Notes: generated by a model not told the origin, from the sequence alone. Numbered from the stretch's first letter, positions 1-11,515 are shown. The stretch is 64,000 nucleotides of DNA from Nitrospirota bacterium (GCA_963733375.1 CAVTDB010000009.1:128001-192000), one strand, 5' to 3'. Made by a program: numbers and translations.

Positions 1-1
1 G

Positions 2-157
2 AAAAGCCCGCCCACGGCCAGCCCGCAGAAAATTGCGGTGCTCACTGCCGTCAATATAGCCGACGAGCTCTTCAAGCTCCGCAGGAGGCAGGCGGAGGTG
101 GAGAACATGGTCCAGAAGAAGACCGGAGACCTCTTCGACATCCTCGACGGCGGCTGA
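2..157 (+). CDS. zapA: Cell division protein ZapA, C-terminal part (truncated by window start)
   Basis: Frame 2 reads ...QKIAVLTAVNIADELFKLRR...DILDGG*, containing the ZapA A(V/L)LxAxNIADEL motif; lies directly upstream of 6S RNA, a conserved synteny. Confidence 0.88.
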   Translation, partial: KSPPTASPQKIAVLTAVNIADELFKLRRRQAEVENMVQKKTGDLFDILDGG

Positions 158-217
158 TTTTTCCCTTGAATTTTTCAGTCGGATAAAGTACCCTTATACT
201 TGTTAAGGGCTTTTTTA

Positions 218-391
218 TCCCCTGCCCGGTGCGTGATTACTGGGGGTTTTTTGACCAACGCTAACAAAAAGGGAGCTGGGCAGTCTGAAGAGGGTGTGCA
301 TGCCCGCAAGGGAAGCCTGAACTCTTCATCCTGGCGCCCACCTAGTTTACCTAGGTTCAAAAACACTCTCTGACACGGCTTGGGCGGGGGC
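218..391 (+). ncRNA. ssrS: 6S RNA
   Basis: Ends pair (CCCCTGCCC ... GGGCGGGGG); rod-like internal pairing (TGAAGAG/CTCTTCA); conserved GGTTCAA near the 3' side; downstream of zapA. Confidence 0.85.
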
Positions 392-394
392 TGA

Positions 395-457
395 TTTTCC
401 GGGGCGGATATTCCTCCAAGTAGTTTTCGGGCGGATATCGTTTCCGGGGCGGATATT
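395..457. repeat. Three short direct repeats TTTC(C)GGG(G)CGGATAT
   Basis: ttttccggggcggatatt, ttttcgggcggatatc and tttccggggcggatatt read directly. Confidence 0.7.
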
Positions 458-976
458 AAATCCTCGGGATGTTTTAAAGCTACCTCCGGGCGGCCCTGAA
501 TAAAAAAGCGGAAGGGCCGCAAAGGGACTTTGAGCAGGAACAAAAAAGAATAACAAGGAATTTAATGACTTTTGGGCTTCTCATCGGCATCTTCTTCATC
601 TGTCCGGCTATTTTCCGGTTAATCCCGGAATTTCCGGCAGTCAAGGGGTTTGCCGTTCATAACCTGGTCGAATGCAGGGCAACATCCTGCGCGGTCTCTC
701 CGAACCACCACGGTCCCCCGGGGAGTTATTCACCGCCGCTTTTGGGAACCCTGCGGATGCGCCAGAAGTCATAAGATCTCTTAGCTTTTCCTCTCTTTAG
801 TCCCTTCTCTTATCGACGGACCGGGGTGGTCAGTCGGGCCAGTGGTCTGTCGGGCCGCGGGCTGACAATTTATGGCAGTGGGCCGTTTTACTTGATCCGG
901 GCCATGAATGGCCAGTCTGAGCCGGTTCAACCGGTTTTCCCGTCGATATCCGCTTTACCTTTGGAAGGAAATATAC

Positions 977-2291
977 ATGCCTGACCTGTTATCCGCCTTG
1001 AAGGAGGACTCCAGCAGCTCTCCGCTCGCCTGGCGTTTAAGGCCGACGAAGCCTGGATGAGTTCGTGGGGCAGGAGCATATCCTTGGGCAGGGGAAGATG
1101 CTAAGGCGCATGATAGAGGCGGACCGTTTAGGCTCCGTGATACTGTACGGGCCTCCCGGTTCCGGGAAGACTGCCCTGGCCCATGTCATAGCGAACAGGA
1201 CCAGCGCGGTCTTCGAGCCGATAAACGCCGTGACCTCCGGCGTGGCGGACATAAGGAGGATTACCTCCCAGGCCGCCATGGAGCTTAAGCGGAGCGGCAG
1301 GAAGACCATCCTTTTTATAGACGAGATACACAGGTTCAACCGCACCCAGCAGGACGCGCTTCTGCCTGACGTGGAAAAAGGCGTGGTGGTATTGATAGGG
1401 GCCTCGACCGCAAACCCTTTTTTCTCGATAATACCGGCGCTTTCTTCCCGCTCCCAGATTTTTGAGCTAAGGCCGCTCTCGGTGCAGGATTTAAGCATAC
1501 TTATCGACAGGGGCCTTTCCGACAGTGAGCGGGGCCTGGGCGGGCATAAGGTCCGGCTGTCCGACGATGCGCGGGAGTTTATATTGTCGCGCTCCGAAGG
1601 GGACGCGAGAAGGGCCTTAAACGCGTTGGAAATAGGCGTTCTGACGACAAGGCCCGGCCCGGACGGTTTTATAAATTTCGACCTTAACGTCGCGGAAGAG
1701 TCCATCCAGAAAAAGGCGGTGGTCTATGAGGAGGATGAGCATTACGACACCATATCCGCCTTCATAAAGAGCCTCCGCGGGAGCGACCCGGACGCCGCCG
1801 TATATTGGCTGGCGAAGATGGTATACGCGGGCGAGGACCCGCTCTTCATCGCAAGACGCCTCATCATTGCGGCCTCGGAGGACGTGGGCAACGCCGACCC
1901 GCGCGCGCTCCTGGTCGCGGTGGCCGCGCTTCACGCGTTAGAGCACGTCGGGATGCCGGAAGGACGCATCGCATTAGCCCAGGCGACTACGTACATAGCC
2001 TCGGCCCCGAAATCCAACGCGTCGTATATGGCGCTTGAATCGGCAATGAGCGATATCAGGGAAGGAATAGTCCTCCCGGTGCCGGACCACCTCCGGGATG
2101 CAAGCTATAAGAGCGCCAGGAAGCTTGGGCGTGGCAAGGGGTACAAATATCCTCACGATTATCCCGGCCATTGGGTGGAGCAGGACTATCTGCCGGAAAA
2201 AAGAGATTATTACATCCCGTCGGACCAGGGTTTCGAGAACGAGATTTTGCGGGTGCAGGCCTCCCGCAAGAAGAAGGACAGAGCTTCATAA
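977..2291 (+). CDS. rarA: Replication-associated recombination protein A (AAA+ ATPase, MgsA/RarA); frameshift near 1050
   Basis: PLAWRLRP..LDEFVGQEH, Walker A GPPGSGKT, FIDEIHRFN, SAFIKSLRGSDPDAA, YKYPHDYP. Confidence 0.95.
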
Positions 2292-2320
2292 AATAACTCC
2301 CAGGGAGGGTTTAAAGCGTC

Positions 2321-3880
2321 ATGAACTTAATGAACATAGTCTGGATAGCGGTAGCGGCCATAGCGGGGCTTGTGGTCGGCATCCTGATAAAAAGAGGGAT
2401 GGCCGAATCGAAGATACGGGAAGCCGAAGAGAGCGCCAAAAAGATAATAAAAGACGCGGAACGGGACGCGGAGACGAAGAAAAAGGAACTCCTGCTGGAG
2501 GCGAAGGACAAGCTCTACCAGCAGCGCTCGGATTTCGAAAAAGAGATAAAGGACGGGCGGGCCGAACTGAACACGCTGGAGAAGCGGCTTATCCAGAAAG
2601 AAGATTACCTGGAGAAGAAAACCGACTCCCTGGAAAAGCGGGACGGCGACTTGAACCGCAAGGAAAAGGAGATGGCGAACCGTGAAAAGGCGCTCGTCGA
2701 GAAGGAGCAGCGGTACGACAACGGCCTGGCCGAACAGGTACGGAAGCTTGAGCAGGTAGCCGGGATGAGCTCCGAGGAGGCGCGGAAGGAGCTTCTGGCG
2801 CGGATGGAGGGAGAGGCGACGCTGGAAGGCGCGAAGATGGTAAAGCGCATCGAGGACGAAGCCAAGTCCACCGCGGACAAGAAGTCCAAGGAGATAATGG
2901 CGCTGGCCATCCAGAGATACGCGAGCGACTACGTCGCCGAGTCCACCACGTCGCTGGTAAACCTCCCGAACGACGAGATGAAGGGCCGCATCATAGGCCG
3001 CGAGGGCCGGAACATCCGGGCCCTGGAAGCCGCGACCGGCATCGACTTGATAATCGACGATACGCCCCAGGCGGTTATCGTTTCCGGCTTCGACCCGGTC
3101 CGGCGCGAGATCGCCAGGCTATCCATCGAGCGGCTCATGGCCGACGGGCGCATCCACCCGGGCAGGATTGAGGAAGTCGTAGACAAGGTAAGGAAGGAAC
3201 TGGACGACGCGATGCGGGAGGAAGGCGAGAAGGCGGCCTTCGACCTCGCGATACACGGCATCCATCCGGAGATAATAAAATTAATCGGGCGGCTTAAATA
3301 CCGCACAAGTTACGGCCAGAACGTCCTGATGCACTCCCGCGAGGTCGCCTTTTTAGCCGGCGTAATGGCGGCTGAACTCGGCGTGGACACAAAACTCGCC
3401 AAGCGCGCGGGTCTGCTGCACGACATAGGCAAAGCGGTCGACCACGAGATCGAAGGCACGCATGCCGGCATCGGACATGACCTTGCCAAGAAATACGGTG
3501 AAAACCAGAAGGTGCTGAACGCGATTATGGCGCACCACGGGGACGAACCCTTCTCCTGCGTCGAGTCCGTCCTTGTCGCGGCCGCCGACGCGCTGTCCGC
3601 GGCCAGGCCGGGGGCGAGGCGCGAGACGCTCGAGACCTATGTCAAACGCCTTGAGAAGCTGGAAGAGGTGGCGACATCTTTCAAGGGCGTGGAGAAGTGT
3701 TATGCCATTCAGGCGGGCCGCGAGATACGGGTCATCGTAAAGCCTGAGGACGTGGACGATATAAGCGCGGCGCAGATATCCCGCGAGATAGCCAAAAAAA
3801 TAGAAGAGGAAATGGCGTACCCCGGCCAGATAAAGGTGACTGTGATACGCGAATCGCGCTACGTGGAATTCGCCAAGTAA
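2321..3880 (+). CDS. rny: Ribonuclease Y
   Basis: N-terminal TM and coiled coil, KH domain [16 protein letters not shown] motif [18 protein letters not shown]. Confidence 0.97.
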   Translation: MNLMNIVWIAVAAIAGLVVGILIKRGMAESKIREAEESAKKIIKDAERDAETKKKELLLEAKDKLYQQRSDFEKEIKDGRAELNTLEKRLIQKEDYLEKKTDSLEKRDGDLNRKEKEMANREKALVEKEQRYDNGLAEQVRKLEQVAGMSSEEARKELLARMEGEATLEGAKMVKRIEDEAKSTADKKSKEIMALAIQRYASDYVAESTTSLVNLPNDEMKGRIIGREGRNIRALEAATGIDLIIDDTPQAVIVSGFDPVRREIARLSIERLMADGRIHPGRIEEVVDKVRKELDDAMREEGEKAAFDLAIHGIHPEIIKLIGRLKYRTSYGQNVLMHSREVAFLAGVMAAELGVDTKLAKRAGLLHDIGKAVDHEIEGTHAGIGHDLAKKYGENQKVLNAIMAHHGDEPFSCVESVLVAAADALSAARPGARRETLETYVKRLEKLEEVATSFKGVEKCYAIQAGREIRVIVKPEDVDDISAAQISREIAKKIEEEMAYPGQIKVTVIRESRYVEFAK

Positions 3881-3929
3881 TGGAGACCCTGTTCATCAGC
3901 GACCCCGGCATGAAGTGGGATTCCGACTA

Positions 3930-4709
3930 ATGGAAATCCTCTTCATAAGCGACATAGTGGGCGACCCCGGCCGGAAGGCCGTGGCCGCTCATCTGCCCGC
4001 GGTCCGCGAGAAATACGGCGTCCATGCGGTGATAGCCAACGGCGAGAACGCCGCCGGGGGTTTTGGCATAACGCCTAAAATCGCCCAGGAGCTTCTCGAT
4101 ATGGATATCGACCTCCTCACCTCCGGCAACCACATCTGGGATAAAAAAGAGATATACGAGTACCTGGACAGGACGGACAAACTGCTTCGTCCCGCCAATT
4201 TGCCGCCCGGCGTCCCGGGCACCGGCAGCGCGGTCTTCACGGCATCCGACGGCACTAAAGTCGGCGTATTGAACCTGATGGGCCGGATATTTCTGACGCC
4301 GTCCGACTGCCCGTTCAGAAGAGGGAAAGAGGAAACGGAGAAACTGAAAAAACTGGGCGCGGAGGTGATACTGGTCGATTTCCATGCGGAGGCCACCTCC
4401 GAAAAAATCGCACTCGCCCTGTATCTCGACGGCCAGGTGAGCGCGGTAGTAGGGACGCATACCCATGTCCAGACATCGGACGAGAGGCTGCTCCCAGGCG
4501 GCACGGCCTTCATCACGGACGTCGGCATGACCGGGCCGCACGATTCCGTCATAGGCGTCACCTCCGAACTCGCAATCGGCCGCTTCCTGACCCAGATGCC
4601 CGCCCGCTTCGATACCGCAAAAGGCCCCGGCACCTTCGAGGCGGTGATAATCTCGGCCGACCCTGATACCGGGCAGGCGACAAAGATACAGCGATTAAGT
4701 CTTACTTAA
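3930..4709 (+). CDS. ymdB: YmdB/TIGR00282 metallophosphoesterase
   Basis: DIVG, NGENAAGG, TSGNHIWD, DFHAEATSEK, GTHTHVQT, TDVGMTG; follows rny. Confidence 0.93.
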   Translation: MEILFISDIVGDPGRKAVAAHLPAVREKYGVHAVIANGENAAGGFGITPKIAQELLDMDIDLLTSGNHIWDKKEIYEYLDRTDKLLRPANLPPGVPGTGSAVFTASDGTKVGVLNLMGRIFLTPSDCPFRRGKEETEKLKKLGAEVILVDFHAEATSEKIALALYLDGQVSAVVGTHTHVQTSDERLLPGGTAFITDVGMTGPHDSVIGVTSELAIGRFLTQMPARFDTAKGPGTFEAVIISADPDTGQATKIQRLSLT

Positions 4710-4711
4710 GT

Positions 4712-4816
4712 CGTTACTTTTCTTTCGAGAAAGAAAAGTAACACAAAAAAAAGCTGGACTTAAAAACAAATTTAAAAGTTTTTGGCGTTACCTTTTTACC
4801 AAAAAGGTAACGGTTT
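4712..4816. repeat. Dispersed intergenic palindromic repeat (REP/BIME-like), copy 1
   Basis: Hairpin GTTACTTTTCTTTC..GAAAGAAAAGTAAC plus hairpin GTTACCTTTTT..AAAAAGGTAAC; near-identical to 49233-49344. Confidence 0.85.
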
Positions 4817-4820
4817 ATCA

Positions 4821-6022
4821 ATGCAACTTGATTTATCTTTCAGCGGCCCCATTACCGTCTCCGAGCTTACCCGGCGTATCCGGGAAAAGCTGGAGTCCGG
4901 CTTCTCCGACGTATGGATAACCGGCGAAATTTCCGGCCTGCGCATCCCACCCTCCGGCCATATATACTTCACTTTAAAGGACAAGGACGCCCAGATAAAG
5001 GCGGTTTTTTTCCGCTCCGGCAACCGCTATCTGAAGTTCGCGCCGAGGGACGGTATGGAGGTTATCCTGCGGGGCCGGGTGACGGTTTACGACCCGCGCG
5101 GCGAGTACCAGGTAGTCGCGGAATACATGGAGCCGAAAGGCATTGGCGCGCTCCAGCTCGCGTTCTTGCAGCTAAAGGAAAAACTCGAAAAGGAAGGGCT
5201 TTTCGATCAAGTCCCGGAAACGCCCCCTGCCCGCCCACCCGAGGCGCGTCGGAGTCGTAACGTCCCCGTCCGGCGCGGCGATACGGGATATATTAAATGT
5301 CCTCGGCAGGCGCGCGCCCGGCGTGAAAATATTAATCGCTCCGGCGACGGTGCAAGGCGCGTTCGCGCCGGCGGAGATAGCATCCGCGATATCGGAACTA
5401 AATAAGATAGACGGCCTGGACGTCATTATCGTAGGGCGCGGAGGAGGGTCAGTGGAAGACCTGGCCGCTTTCAATACGGAAGTGGTCGCGCGCGCTATCG
5501 CCTCGTCCGACATCCCCGTAATATCCGCCGTCGGGCACGAGACGGACTTTACGATAGCCGATTTTGCCGCCGACTTAAGGGCCCCCACCCCGTCCGCCGC
5601 CGCCGAAGTGGTTGCGAAAAACGAGGAGGATATGGCGGATATTCTCCGTTCGCTTCGCGGCAGGTTAGTTTATGCAGTAGTGCAGGAGCATCGGCGTCTG
5701 CGGGACAGGTTAAATTCCGAGGAACGGGCGCTGATAAACCCGATGAGGCGCTTGCATGACCATGCGCTCCGGCTGGACGAGCTGTCCGGGAAGGCTGATG
5801 TCGGCAGAAGCGCGGTTAATACTCACCTTGAAAAACAAGGCTGTTTCTCTCTCCCGCGCCCTGGCTCTGCTTGAGCCACTCGCGCCCTTGAAGGCCGGTT
5901 TCGCCATCGTGAAGAGCTTTTCCGACGGCCGGATAATAAAGTCGAGAGCCGAGGCAAGGGCCGCGGGCAGGTTGACGCTTCAGTTTGATGACGGAGAAAT
6001 CGACGCCGAAGTAGTGAAATAA
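4821..6022 (+). CDS. xseA: Exodeoxyribonuclease VII large subunit (frameshifted into 3 ORFs)
   Basis: [56 protein letters not shown]. Confidence 0.93.
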
Positions 6023-6033
6023 TACCCCCCAGA

Positions 6034-6113
6034 ATTCTCCCCGCTTGCATTTCGACAGGCTCATGAACTCCCCGGCCGGCGTTTAGTCCCGTATTAACCA
6101 AGGCGGGGAGAAT
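6034..6113. repeat. Inverted repeat ATTCTCCCCGC...GCGGGGAGAAT at the junction of the core block and cytochrome island
   Basis: 11-bp perfect inverted repeat enclosing ~58 bp. Confidence 0.55.
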
Positions 6114-6134
6114 ATGTGGCGGGTTACCATCGCC

Positions 6135-6173
6135 AAAAAGAAAGGCCGGCATCTCTGCCAGCCTTTTATTTTT
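6135..6173. terminator. Probable bidirectional intrinsic terminator
   Basis: A-tract, imperfect stem AAAGGCCGGCA-TCTC-TGCCAGCCTTT, T-tract, between convergent genes. Confidence 0.65.
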
Positions 6174-6192
6174 CAGATCTAACTTCGCCCGT

Positions 6193-9100
6193 TCAGCAGG
6201 GTGGACGCTGGAGCTGTACGCCGCTCCGCGCCCGCTTCAGGCTACTGGTAACTACGTTGGCAGTTGCGCCGGTCGAATATGTGTGAGCGCCGTCGTGCGA
6301 GAACGCTTTGTAATAATAATGAGTATAGTGAGTTAACGTCCCGTACGTATCCAGCTCGCCGTTCGGGGTGCCGGTGCCGGTGCCGTCATAGACAACCGTA
6401 CCCGTTCCGATGGCGCCTCCCACGGTATACGTCGTGCCGTTCGTCGGCGCCGTGAAGGTGCCGGTGGTATTGCGGAGTATCAGCACGCCCGTGAACGGAG
6501 ACGCCGGGTTTGTCCAGCCCAGCTGTATCCCCCCCGTGGTTGAATATTTCGATGTTGCTGTGAGGGTAACGTTTACCGCGGTGAGGATCACGCCCGTGGT
6601 GTTGGTGAAGGTCGTGACCGTGTAGTTACCGCCGCTGTTGCCGTCGTTGACAGTGTACGTGGCGCACCGACAGCGTCTTGCCCGTCCCGTTCTTGGTGTC
6701 GTAGGTCTCCGTCAGGCCTGTGACCGTGTCGGTGCCTGGAGGCCCGAAACCGTGGGGACTGCGACGGGCGGCGGTGGTGCCGTCGTAGGTCTTGGTGTTG
6801 GTCGCGGCCGTGATGGTCAGAGCGCCTTCGTGATGCGCCCGTGGTGTCGTGACGTCGTGACCGTGTAGTTGCCCCCGCTGTTGCCGTCGTTGACCGTGTA
6901 GGTGGCGACCGACATCGTCTTGCCCGTGCCCACGTTCTGCGTTGTCGTAGGTCTCGCGTCAGGCCGGTGACCGTGTCGCTGCCACAGGTGCCGGTAACCG
7001 TCGGCGTGCCCGTCGCGCGATGGTGCCGTCGTAGATCTTGGTGTTGGCCAGCCGCGGTGATCGTGAAGCGCGCCTTGGTGATCACGCCGGTGGTGTTGGT
7101 GAAGTCGTCACCGTGTAGTTGCCGCCGCTGTTGCCGTCGTTCACCGTGTAGCCGCGGCGACCGACAGCGTCTTGCCCGTGCCCGACGTTCTTGTTGTCAA
7201 AGGTCTCGCCAGGCCGGTGACCGTGTCGGTGCCGTCGAGGCATGCCTGTAACCGTCGAGGACCGCGGCGGCGGCGGTGGTGCCGTTGTAGACCTTGGTGT
7301 TTGTCAGGGCAGTGATGGTGATAGGCGCCTTGTGATGTTGGCCGTCGTTGATGCAGTGGTATTGCCAAGCGTGTAGTTGCCTGCGTCGGCGCCGCCGGTT
7401 ATGCTGATGCCGGTGACGCTGACCGCGATGCCGTTGGCGACGTTCTGGCTGGCAAAGGTTGCGCCGGTGTAGCTTTCCGTGACCACGTCGCTAGAAGATG
7501 GTTATCGGACAGCGTCACGGTCGCCGCCGTACTGCGGTTGTATGTCTTGTTAACACCCGTCGCGGTTACTGTAAGGGTCGCCGCCGTGATGTTGGCAGTC
7601 GTCGTGCCGACGGAAGTCAGGCTGTAGTTGCCAGACGCGGTGCCGGTAAGGCTTAAGCCGCTCCCCGTCACCGTCTTGCCGTTGGCCACGTTCTTGTCGC
7701 TGAATGTCGCCGTGCCGCCCGTCAAGGTGACGTTCGCTGTATCGCCCGCCAATACGCCTGAGAGCGACCTGCCGGTGATGCTTGCCGTGTTCGTGGCGTC
7801 GTAGGTCTTGCCTGCTGGCGGTGATGCTGCCCGTGACGCCCAGCGCGGTAATGTTGGCCGTCGTTGTCGCCGTGGTCTGGGTAAGCGTGTAGTTGCCCGC
7901 CGCCGAGCCGGTAAGGCTGAGGTTGACCGTAACCGTTTTGCCATTGGCCACGCTCGCATCCGAGAATGTCGCCGCGCTGGTGACCAGGGTGACGTTACCC
8001 ACATCGCCGGGCTGTACGCCGACCAGCGCGAGCGTATTGCCGGAGAGTGTGCCGCATTCGTGCCGTCGTAAGTCTTGCCGCTGGCGGCGATGGAACCGGA
8101 GATAGTGAGGTTCCCGGACGACACACTTGCGGTGGGGGCGGTGGTCGCCGGCGTGCTTCCGCCATAAATGTCGGAAGCCGTTATCGTGCAGGTGATGGTC
8201 TTGCCAATCTCGGAGGACGTGAGCGTATAGTCGTTAGCGTCCGCGCCGATGTTCGTCCCGGAAGCAGCCCACTGGTAGTGTAGCGTCACCGGGTCGCCGT
8301 CCGCGTCCGCAGTGCCCGTATCTGCCAGGGTCAGGTTAGTACCGAATGTCACCGAGCCGGTTATTGACGGCGTGCCCGTGAAGGTCGGCGCCGAATTGGA
8401 GGTCCTGTTCCATGAGGCCGGACTCGAGGAGTGACAGGAAGAGGTGCAAGTGCTGGTCCCGCCGTCAAAGGTGAATGCGTTAAGGGATGCCGGGGTCATG
8501 CCCAGGTTGCCCTTGGCGTTGCTGACGTTGGCGTCCGAGACTTCCGTGCCGTCGGAAGCGTGCGGGTAGGCTTTCTCGGTCCCGTTGTCCGCTCTGCCAT
8601 TGCTCCATAAATCATTTGTATTATCAGGATGGCAGGTATGGCATGCGCCGTTGCCGCCGCCTATGCGGGTAATATGGTTGACGTGGTCGCCCGAAAGCGG
8701 AGCCTCGGTGCCGGAAACGCCGGAGCCGTCCGCGTGGCAGGAGTTGCAGTTGAGCATTAAGCCTGCACTGGTGTAATTGGCCCAGCGCGCCGGGTTAGCG
8801 GAGCTTGTGCCCCTGTGACAGGCCACTGTGCAATAACCGGCGCGAGGGGCGTCCTCCATCGAAGAAATGGAATTCGGCCTGTCGCTGACGCCGCCCCGGT
8901 CGGAGGAGTACCTCATGAAGCCCTTCGTCGCCGGCCAGCCGTAGTTGGGGTTATGATAGTCGGGCGCGCTGGATGTAGTCGACGTTGTGGACCACTGCAA
9001 GAATCCGCTCAAGTGGTTCGGATGATCTGCGGCGTGGCAGACCTGGCAGACACCGCGGTTGTTATACGTGACGCCATTGATAACTGTCGTTCCGCTCCAT

Positions 9101-9443
9101 GAATTTCCGCCGATTGTCCCGGATTTGCCCGCACCCGTGGGGTAGCTGGCCGAAGAGTAGTTCGATGGATGCCATGCAGCCCGCGTTCGTTGTCGTTCTG
9201 CGGCAACAGTTTATTCTCGTACCCGGGCGCCGCGCCGGTTGCCCTGGCGTCATACGATACGCTGCCGCTTGAACCGGTCGAGGCATTGTTGAAGATCGTA
9301 CCGTGGCACTGCCCGCAGTTTATGGTAGCGGCGGAGGCGGGTGCTGGCGCTCCCAAGGTCGCCATGACGAATATTACAAGTACAAGAGCTAGGCCAATCG
9401 ACAACCCACGCTTTCTGTAGTTGATTTCGCCGGCGAATGCCAT
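6193..9443 (-). CDS. Secreted six-heme c-type cytochrome fused to an Ig-like domain, ~6 YDG/MBG-type repeats and a C-terminal FN3-like domain (multiple frameshifts)
   Basis: Signal peptide then ATINCGQCH; CQVCH, CTVACH, CNSCH, CHTCH, CTSSCH; APTFTGTPSITG..YQW Ig domain; repeated KTYDGT..NV(A/G)xGKT..GNY(T/S) units; terminal QLGWTNP..GVLILR..YYYKAFSHD. Confidence 0.8.
6595..7330 (-). repeat. Three near-identical ~245-bp tandem coding repeats (YDG-type units)
   Basis: gtcgt(g/c)accgtgtagtt..ccgctgttgccgtcgtt recurs at about 6611, 6854 and 7104. Confidence 0.8.
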
Positions 9444-9601
9444 TTTGCCTCCCAGAGTAAACTTATTAAACGTAAATATTATTTTATTATATATAAAACA
9501 AGCTTAATACTTTGAATATGCTAAAAAAAAAGCTTCACATATTCGGAAATATTATATAAGGCTTTTAGTCAGGAATGTCAAGTAACATGCACAAGAACAT
9601 G

Positions 9602-10003
9602 TTAGCCGTCTACCTTTTTTATCACGAGGCCGGTCGGCAATATGACAAGTTTATGCTCTACGCCCGTAACTACCTTGGCTTCATAAGAATACTGGTAGTC
9701 TTGGGATGACCCTTTGGGCACTACCTGGCCTCTGAAATTGAAATCTTTAAGTGCGGTCCTTCTGACAGTCACATAGCCTTTTATCATGTAGTAAGGCTTT
9801 TTCGCCCCAGGTTCGTTTTGATTGGTATGTTCGTACGTTATTGTTACAATACTGGTAGAAAGCGGCCGGGCGGGGTCTTTTAACGTCAGAACCGACCACA
9901 GCGTATAATAGACCGCTTTGTCGGCCTTTTGCTCATTGGATACGCACCCGGCCAACAGGGCAATCAAGACCACCGAAAATATAATTAGAACTATTTTTTT
10001 CAT
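9602..10003 (-). CDS. Hypothetical lipoprotein
   Basis: MKKIVLIIFSVVLIALLAG-C lipobox; intact 133-aa ORF inside the cytochrome island. Confidence 0.75.
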   Translation of the reverse strand: MKKIVLIIFSVVLIALLAGCVSNEQKADKAVYYTLWSVLTLKDPARPLSTSIVTITYEHTNQNEPGAKKPYYMIKGYVTVRRTALKDFNFRGQVVPKGSSQDYQYSYEAKVVTGVEHKLVILPTGLVIKKVDG

Positions 10004-10038
10004 CGTACTCGCTTCGTTTAATTATTTCTGGTAAAACC

Positions 10039-10068
10039 GAACATCTGCCGGTACACCGGCAGATGTTC
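10039..10068 (-). terminator. Perfect hairpin, probable terminator or mRNA stabiliser
   Basis: GAACATCTGCCGGT-AC-ACCGGCAGATGTTC downstream of the 10116-11407 gene. Confidence 0.6.
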
Positions 10069-10115
10069 TATTGCTTAATTAGCTTTGTCCCGTCCAGACG
10101 ATACGGCCCGCATTG

Positions 10116-11407
10116 TTACATCAGGGACCAGCTGCCTTCCCCGCCAACGGTATGACAACCGGCCACGCCGTCACTGGGACTGCATGTGTACGTGCTGGAA
10201 TTGTAATTCACGTCCGTATTAATGTAGGCGCCGTCCGAGCCAACCGGCAGGGTAAGCCCAGACGAACCGTCCGCCCGCTGGTGATCGCTGAGGCCGCCTG
10301 TATTGGGGTGGCAGTCAGCACACCCTGCCGCAGTGAGTGTAGAGCTTGTCGCAAGGTCGAAGACGTGGTAGTTGTGCCCTCCGACCAGCGCGCCGACGGT
10401 GATACCGTCGTTTTCTACAGAGCCGTCACTGTGGCACATGTTGCAGGACACGCTGCCGTTCCATTTTTTCGGTGCATTAGGTACGGTATGTGAATTTAAA
10501 TATTCATTCCTCGGGTGGCATTTGCTGACGCAAGTCGTACTGGTGCCGTTTTTTACCGCCGAGGAAATATTGTTCATAAGCACGACGTTGTTATCAGGGT
10601 TTGGATGTTAGTGCCGTCCGAGGCGTGCGGGTAAGCCTTGACGCTGCCGTCGTCTATGGACGCCCTGCCTTGGCTAGTATTGTCCGAGTGGCAGTTCACG
10701 CATCCGGCGTCGTTCGCCGAGTTCATCGCAACAAAGCCGCCTGGCAAGATGGCGGTGGATCCCAGATGTCCCGGATGATTGCCGGACAAGTCAGATTCGG
10801 AGCCGGACTTGCCGTTAACGTCCGCATGGCAGCTATTACAGGTCAGCCTCGCGACGGAGGAGGTGTAGTTGTTCCACTTCGCGGAGTTAGTGGCAGTCGT
10901 ACCCTTATGACAGGCCTTCGTGCAGGTCGCCGTCCCGTCCATAAGAGCGATGTTGATGCCGTTTGCACTGCTCCCGGTGCCCGTGACATTGCCTTTCAAC
11001 CCGACTGAACTGACTTTTTGCGCGCCACTGGGCGACATGCCGGAGAACGTAACAAAGCCGCTTTCATGGCTGTACTGGTTGTGGCAGTATTTGCAGTTGC
11101 CCCTGGTTGAACCGTTCATCCCGTAAGTCGCTGAGGAGTAGTTCATGTGAATGCCGTGCAGGCCGCGGCCCATTCCGCCTGTTATATTGTTGTACTGCGG
11201 AGTATTGATATCCTCGTAGGGTTTTACGCCTGGCATAAGAGATAGCGAACCATCGGCGTTATTTATGTAGGCCCCGTGACATTGACCGCAACCTATGGTC
11301 GCGGCGCCCGCCGCCCCTGCCAGCATTCCGGATAAAGCCAGCATCAGGAGAAACGCAAGCACACCTGCCGCCAACCTACGACTTTTCGCATCGATCTGAT
11401 AGTTCAT
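10116..11407 (-). CDS. Secreted multiheme c-type cytochrome, ~9 heme motifs (frameshift near 10590)
   Basis: Signal peptide, ATIGCGQCH, CKYCH, CTKACH, CNSCH, CVNCH, CVSKCH, CNMCH, CADCH, CSPSDGVAGCH. Confidence 0.85.
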
Positions 11408-11515
11408 GGGACTTCCTTTTTAGGATTATTAAGTTTACGGCCCTGTATTCCTTAAAAGATGCGCAAGACTTGCAATACCCTCGCTCCTCTTGCGCACCCT
11501 CTGAGAAGTATACCT

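Noticed and set aside
488-530. GGGCCGCAAAG as a c-di-GMP-I riboswitch
   Set aside because: Lacks the upstream GCAAACC/GNRA stem and the P1/P3 architecture
175-774. ORFs 175-543, 347-556 and 565-774
   Set aside because: They overlap the 6S RNA or repeats and have no RBS or protein-like motifs
4712-4816. Palindromic repeats as a CRISPR array or integron attC sites
   Set aside because: Copies are dispersed, not regularly spaced with unique spacers; no cas or integrase genes; no cassette array
6595-7330. Near-identical repeats as a DGR template/variable pair
   Set aside because: They are in-frame tandem protein repeats, differences are not adenine-specific, and there is no reverse transcriptase
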